Assembly: GCA_963693365.1 (NCBI GenBank)
Contig: CAVNZM010000007.1
Span: forward strand, 5,453,962-5,517,961
Reading direction: 5' to 3'
Origin: Amoebidium appalachense
Taxonomy: Eukaryota; Protista; Ichthyosporea
DNA: 64,000 nt
Position 1 is the stretch's first letter. Each line of letters begins with the position of its first letter. The notes beneath the pieces were generated by a model. That model ran no database searches, was not told where the DNA came from, and saw nothing but the letters and a program-made list of their open reading frames with translations. Of the stretch, positions 44,382-64,000 are shown piece by piece. A program made the position numbers and the translations under genes.

Positions 44382-45687
44382 ATTTTGCTTAGGTGCGCAG
44401 ATATATACCTAAAGTAATTTCTTAGTGCGTGAAAAGCCCGCTTTAGACCTTAACAGCTGCTAATCACCACTGGGCCAGGCCAAATATCTAATGGATACAT
44501 TTTTTCCCCTTCCCCCACAGTTTTACCACCGACAACACCGGCAGGGTGATCATTACCAAAACAGGCGATGAACAAAAAAGAAGATCGGAGATTTTGGTTT
44601 TGGAAGGCCTTTTAAGGGAGCTTGCTGCGCTCGGGTTTAATCCCGTCTCTATGGTTCCAAATCAAGCACCCCAGATACCCGTCGTTTAGATGGATTGATA
44701 GGATAGAAAGCGAAATTTCTGATATTGAATAGTTGTACATGTTACATCGCTCGTTACCTGTATAATGTATCTCGGTCAGTTGGACAGATTGACATGAAGA
44801 GAGGGAAATGTTGGCCTCTCAAATAAATATGACCATGCTAGATACCTCTACCAGTTATCGGTCGTTGGGATATATTGACATGAAAAGAGGGAACTTTCGG
44901 TCTCTTGGAATATTAGTTATTGGCATATTAGGATGCTAGATTATCCAAGATGTTTTTGTTGTTTGGATAATTACATGTATAGAGGAATGAATCCGGCACA
45001 CTACTATGCTTGATAGATACCCAGATACAGTACCTGTTACTCGGATAGATTTACAGACATCGGCGGTAATTTTTCTCTTGTTTTTTTTAATTTTTTAAAA
45101 CCGAGATATGTAAGTTATGCACGGCATACTTAAGAGGCAATAACTTGGAAGAAAAAAAAGAAGAAAAAAAAATCATCACGAGTTATTCACCAGCAAGTGC
45201 ATACTTAGATACCTGGAACACTGTGGTAATTCGGGCCTATATCATGTAAGATAAAGAGTTATTCAATGTATATAAATTTAAATAAAGAATAAATAGGGCA
45301 TAATTTTTGGATTCTTTATTGTCCGGCGGGTAGACACCAGTTTGGCTTCGTGGTACGCACGGTTTAGAGAGTGCACGTATGTGTATGTGCGCACATAATG
45401 TCCTGGAGCCTTGTGTATGCCTCTTCGTTTCCTTTTCTTTTTCTTTTCTTTTTTTTTGCTTTTTGGTGCGCGGGTGTATGTGCATATTAGTTTGTTTGTG
45501 TGTGTATGTCGTGCGCGCGTGTGTCTGTGTCTGTGTCTGTGATGTGTCCGTGTGTGTGCATGTACACGTACATGTGCGTAACAGTGTGAAGACGAAGTGT
45601 ACGTATGGTTGGTTGGTTGGTTTACGCGTGGTTTGGTTGTTGTTGTTGTTTGGGGGGCTCCGGGGGGGGGTGGGGTGGGGGTGGGGT

Positions 45688-45725
<38 letters not shown>

Positions 45726-46454
45726 AACAAAACTGCCCTATGTTGTAAATGTAACTCAGTGAACAAAGACTTTTGCAAATTTTTCTTGGGGTTGGGTTCG
45801 GTTCTCCCAACCTTTGTGCTTTTATTTTACCTATGAGGTTCCATGAACCCTATGTACATTGTGAACTCCCATCACACTCAGACTCAATAAAAACAATTCG
45901 TTAATTACATAAATAGTGTTGGTATATACACACGGTATTACTAAGACCGTTACAAGTAATCACTTATGTATGTTCACCAATCATGGCAATCTTTCCACCC
46001 ACGCTATTGGTTGGTTAGGTATGGTATGTTTGGCATTTTACGCCAATACTATCAATGGAGATAAATGTGGTGTATGGGGAGAAAATAAACAGACAAACAA
46101 AACACTAATAAAAAGATCTTATTACAAACTTGCCTGCCCATGGACCGTGACATTAAACCACTTGACACCATACAACTTGTGTGATTATAATACATACATT
46201 CAAGTTAGTGTTTATAGCATTATCGAAATCTTTAAAGCATATACCATATGTACACATCATCAACACAACCAACAAAACCAAAAGCAACCGCCCCGCCGCC
46301 ACCACCACCTCTTTTTTTTAAAATTAAAAAAATAAAAATATAAAATAAAAAAGGAAAAAGATCAAAAAAGAAAATGGGGTGGGAGAGCAAAAACAGGAGA
46401 AGGATTTTTTTTTTTAATTAAAATTTTTTTTCTCTCTTTTTTTTTCAGGAGGGT

Positions 46455-46499
<45 letters not shown>

Positions 46500-46741
46500 C
46501 ATATCTCCTTCCACCAAAAAAATCAATATATAGCCCCCCCCCCCCCCCCCCCCCCTGTGCACGCGCAGAACAAGTTGAATATCAGATACATCCGAACAAC
46601 GAAAAATTCAAATTGTCACGTGCACCGAAACCCTTACCCCCCCCCCCCCCCCCCCCCCACCCCCTCTCCCTCCCCCCCCCCCCCCCCCCCCCCCCTCCAT
46701 TCTCCTATCTATATTAGGGCACAAAATAATACCACACCAAC

Positions 46742-55267
<8,526 letters not shown>

Positions 55268-56109
55268 AATTAATAATGGAAGCCAAACGTGTTACAAGGA
55301 GCTATCAAGTGTTCAAGAAGTAAACATGCCTTTGACTTGGATAATCTTCCAAGTTGAACGGTGGTCAGGGACAATCTTGTTCACTCGGACTGCAAACTTG
55401 TGAGAGCAAATTTCTAAAATAAACACATAAACCGCGGGGTAGGCCGGAAAGAACCAAAACCTCATTGTAAAAGGGGAACAGCCCGGCTTACAACGTTATA
55501 ACCATACCCCTCCTACGGTACCAGTACTGGCTGTTCTCATGTTTGACTCTGTTGCGTCGCGCACGGGCAGACTGAATTCATGATTGGTTATGTATTATGT
55601 AGGTGGTGTGTTTGTGTGTGTTGTGGTGTCTGTTTATAGTGCTAGTTTGTAGTTCATACGATCCGCCGGGATTTTGTGTCCGCCGACGGTGTTTGCAAAA
55701 AAATTTCGGTTCTACTGAGGCCTCCGATGGTTTGCCAACGGACTCCAACTCAGGCAAGCTTCTTCATGATCACTGCCTACAATGATAAGTGCGTGAAGTC
55801 TCCCTTAGCTTCACTTCTTTGAGCCCACGGCCCGCGACCGGCGTTCAACCTCCGGCTGCATAGCCGGTGCCGGCATCGAGCCTGCCCAAGCCCACTGGTA
55901 ATACTACTCAGGCCAGCTGCCAGCATAGAGGCTCGGCCGAGTTCAGTAGTGCCATGGGGCGGAATAAACTGTTTTTTATCATTTTGATGGAGGCTGCAAT
56001 GTGCCGGCACATTTGACATGTTCAGGCCTTTGAGTCATTGAAGCGTTTGTTTCACTGCCGACTAAAACTAGTTAGTCCCGGCACAGCAAACTTTCAACGG
56101 TGTAGCAGC
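55268..56109. promoter_or_regulatory. Putative bidirectional promoter between the PAS gene and RBM48
   Basis: 842 bp between divergent ATGs; free of long microsatellites, with a GC-rich core at ~55820-55960. Confidence 0.55.
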
Positions 56110-63861
<7,752 letters not shown>

Positions 63862-63936
63862 GTAGCAACCCCCCCCCCCCCCCCCCCCCCCCTTCCCCCC
63901 CTTCTCGGATATTGTGGGAGAGTTGGGCAGCCCCTT

Positions 63937-64000
63937 GAGGATGGACTCTGCTTATGATGTGTATTTCTATGTGTGGTTCACTGTGAATGTGTACTTTGTT
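63937..64000 (-). repeat. Family X, copy J (reverse orientation, cut by the window end)
   Basis: GAGGATGGACTCTGCTTATGA is the reverse complement of the family's conserved end. Confidence 0.7.

Overview
Eukaryotic, intron-rich genomic DNA, probably from a unicellular opisthokont (inferred from the gene set). Introns are packed with (CA)n/(GT)n and poly-C/poly-G tracts, so most of the ORF track (HTHT/CVCV/PPPP) is noise. By following GT-AG boundaries and reading-frame phase by hand I reconstructed: the 3' part of a divergent importin-alpha-like gene ending in a BC-box/Cullin-box-like tail; a 5-exon hypothetical membrane protein; two tandem intronless 'MGY..Y / FNG / KT..RPYD' paralogues with complementary lesions; an intronless RGS protein; a 4-exon SAM synthetase; a multiply frameshifted Fe(II)/2OG dioxygenase; an 8-exon Ert1/AcuK-like PAS protein without a Zn cluster; and RBM48 head-to-head with it. 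Non-genic structure includes a ~100-130 bp dispersed element whose 8 intronic copies all face the same way relative to transcription, Kolobok-like MITEs, a 37-bp palindrome with a 9-bp target duplication, a palindromic minisatellite, and acceptors built directly from (CA)n. All exon models are manual and need RNA-seq confirmation.
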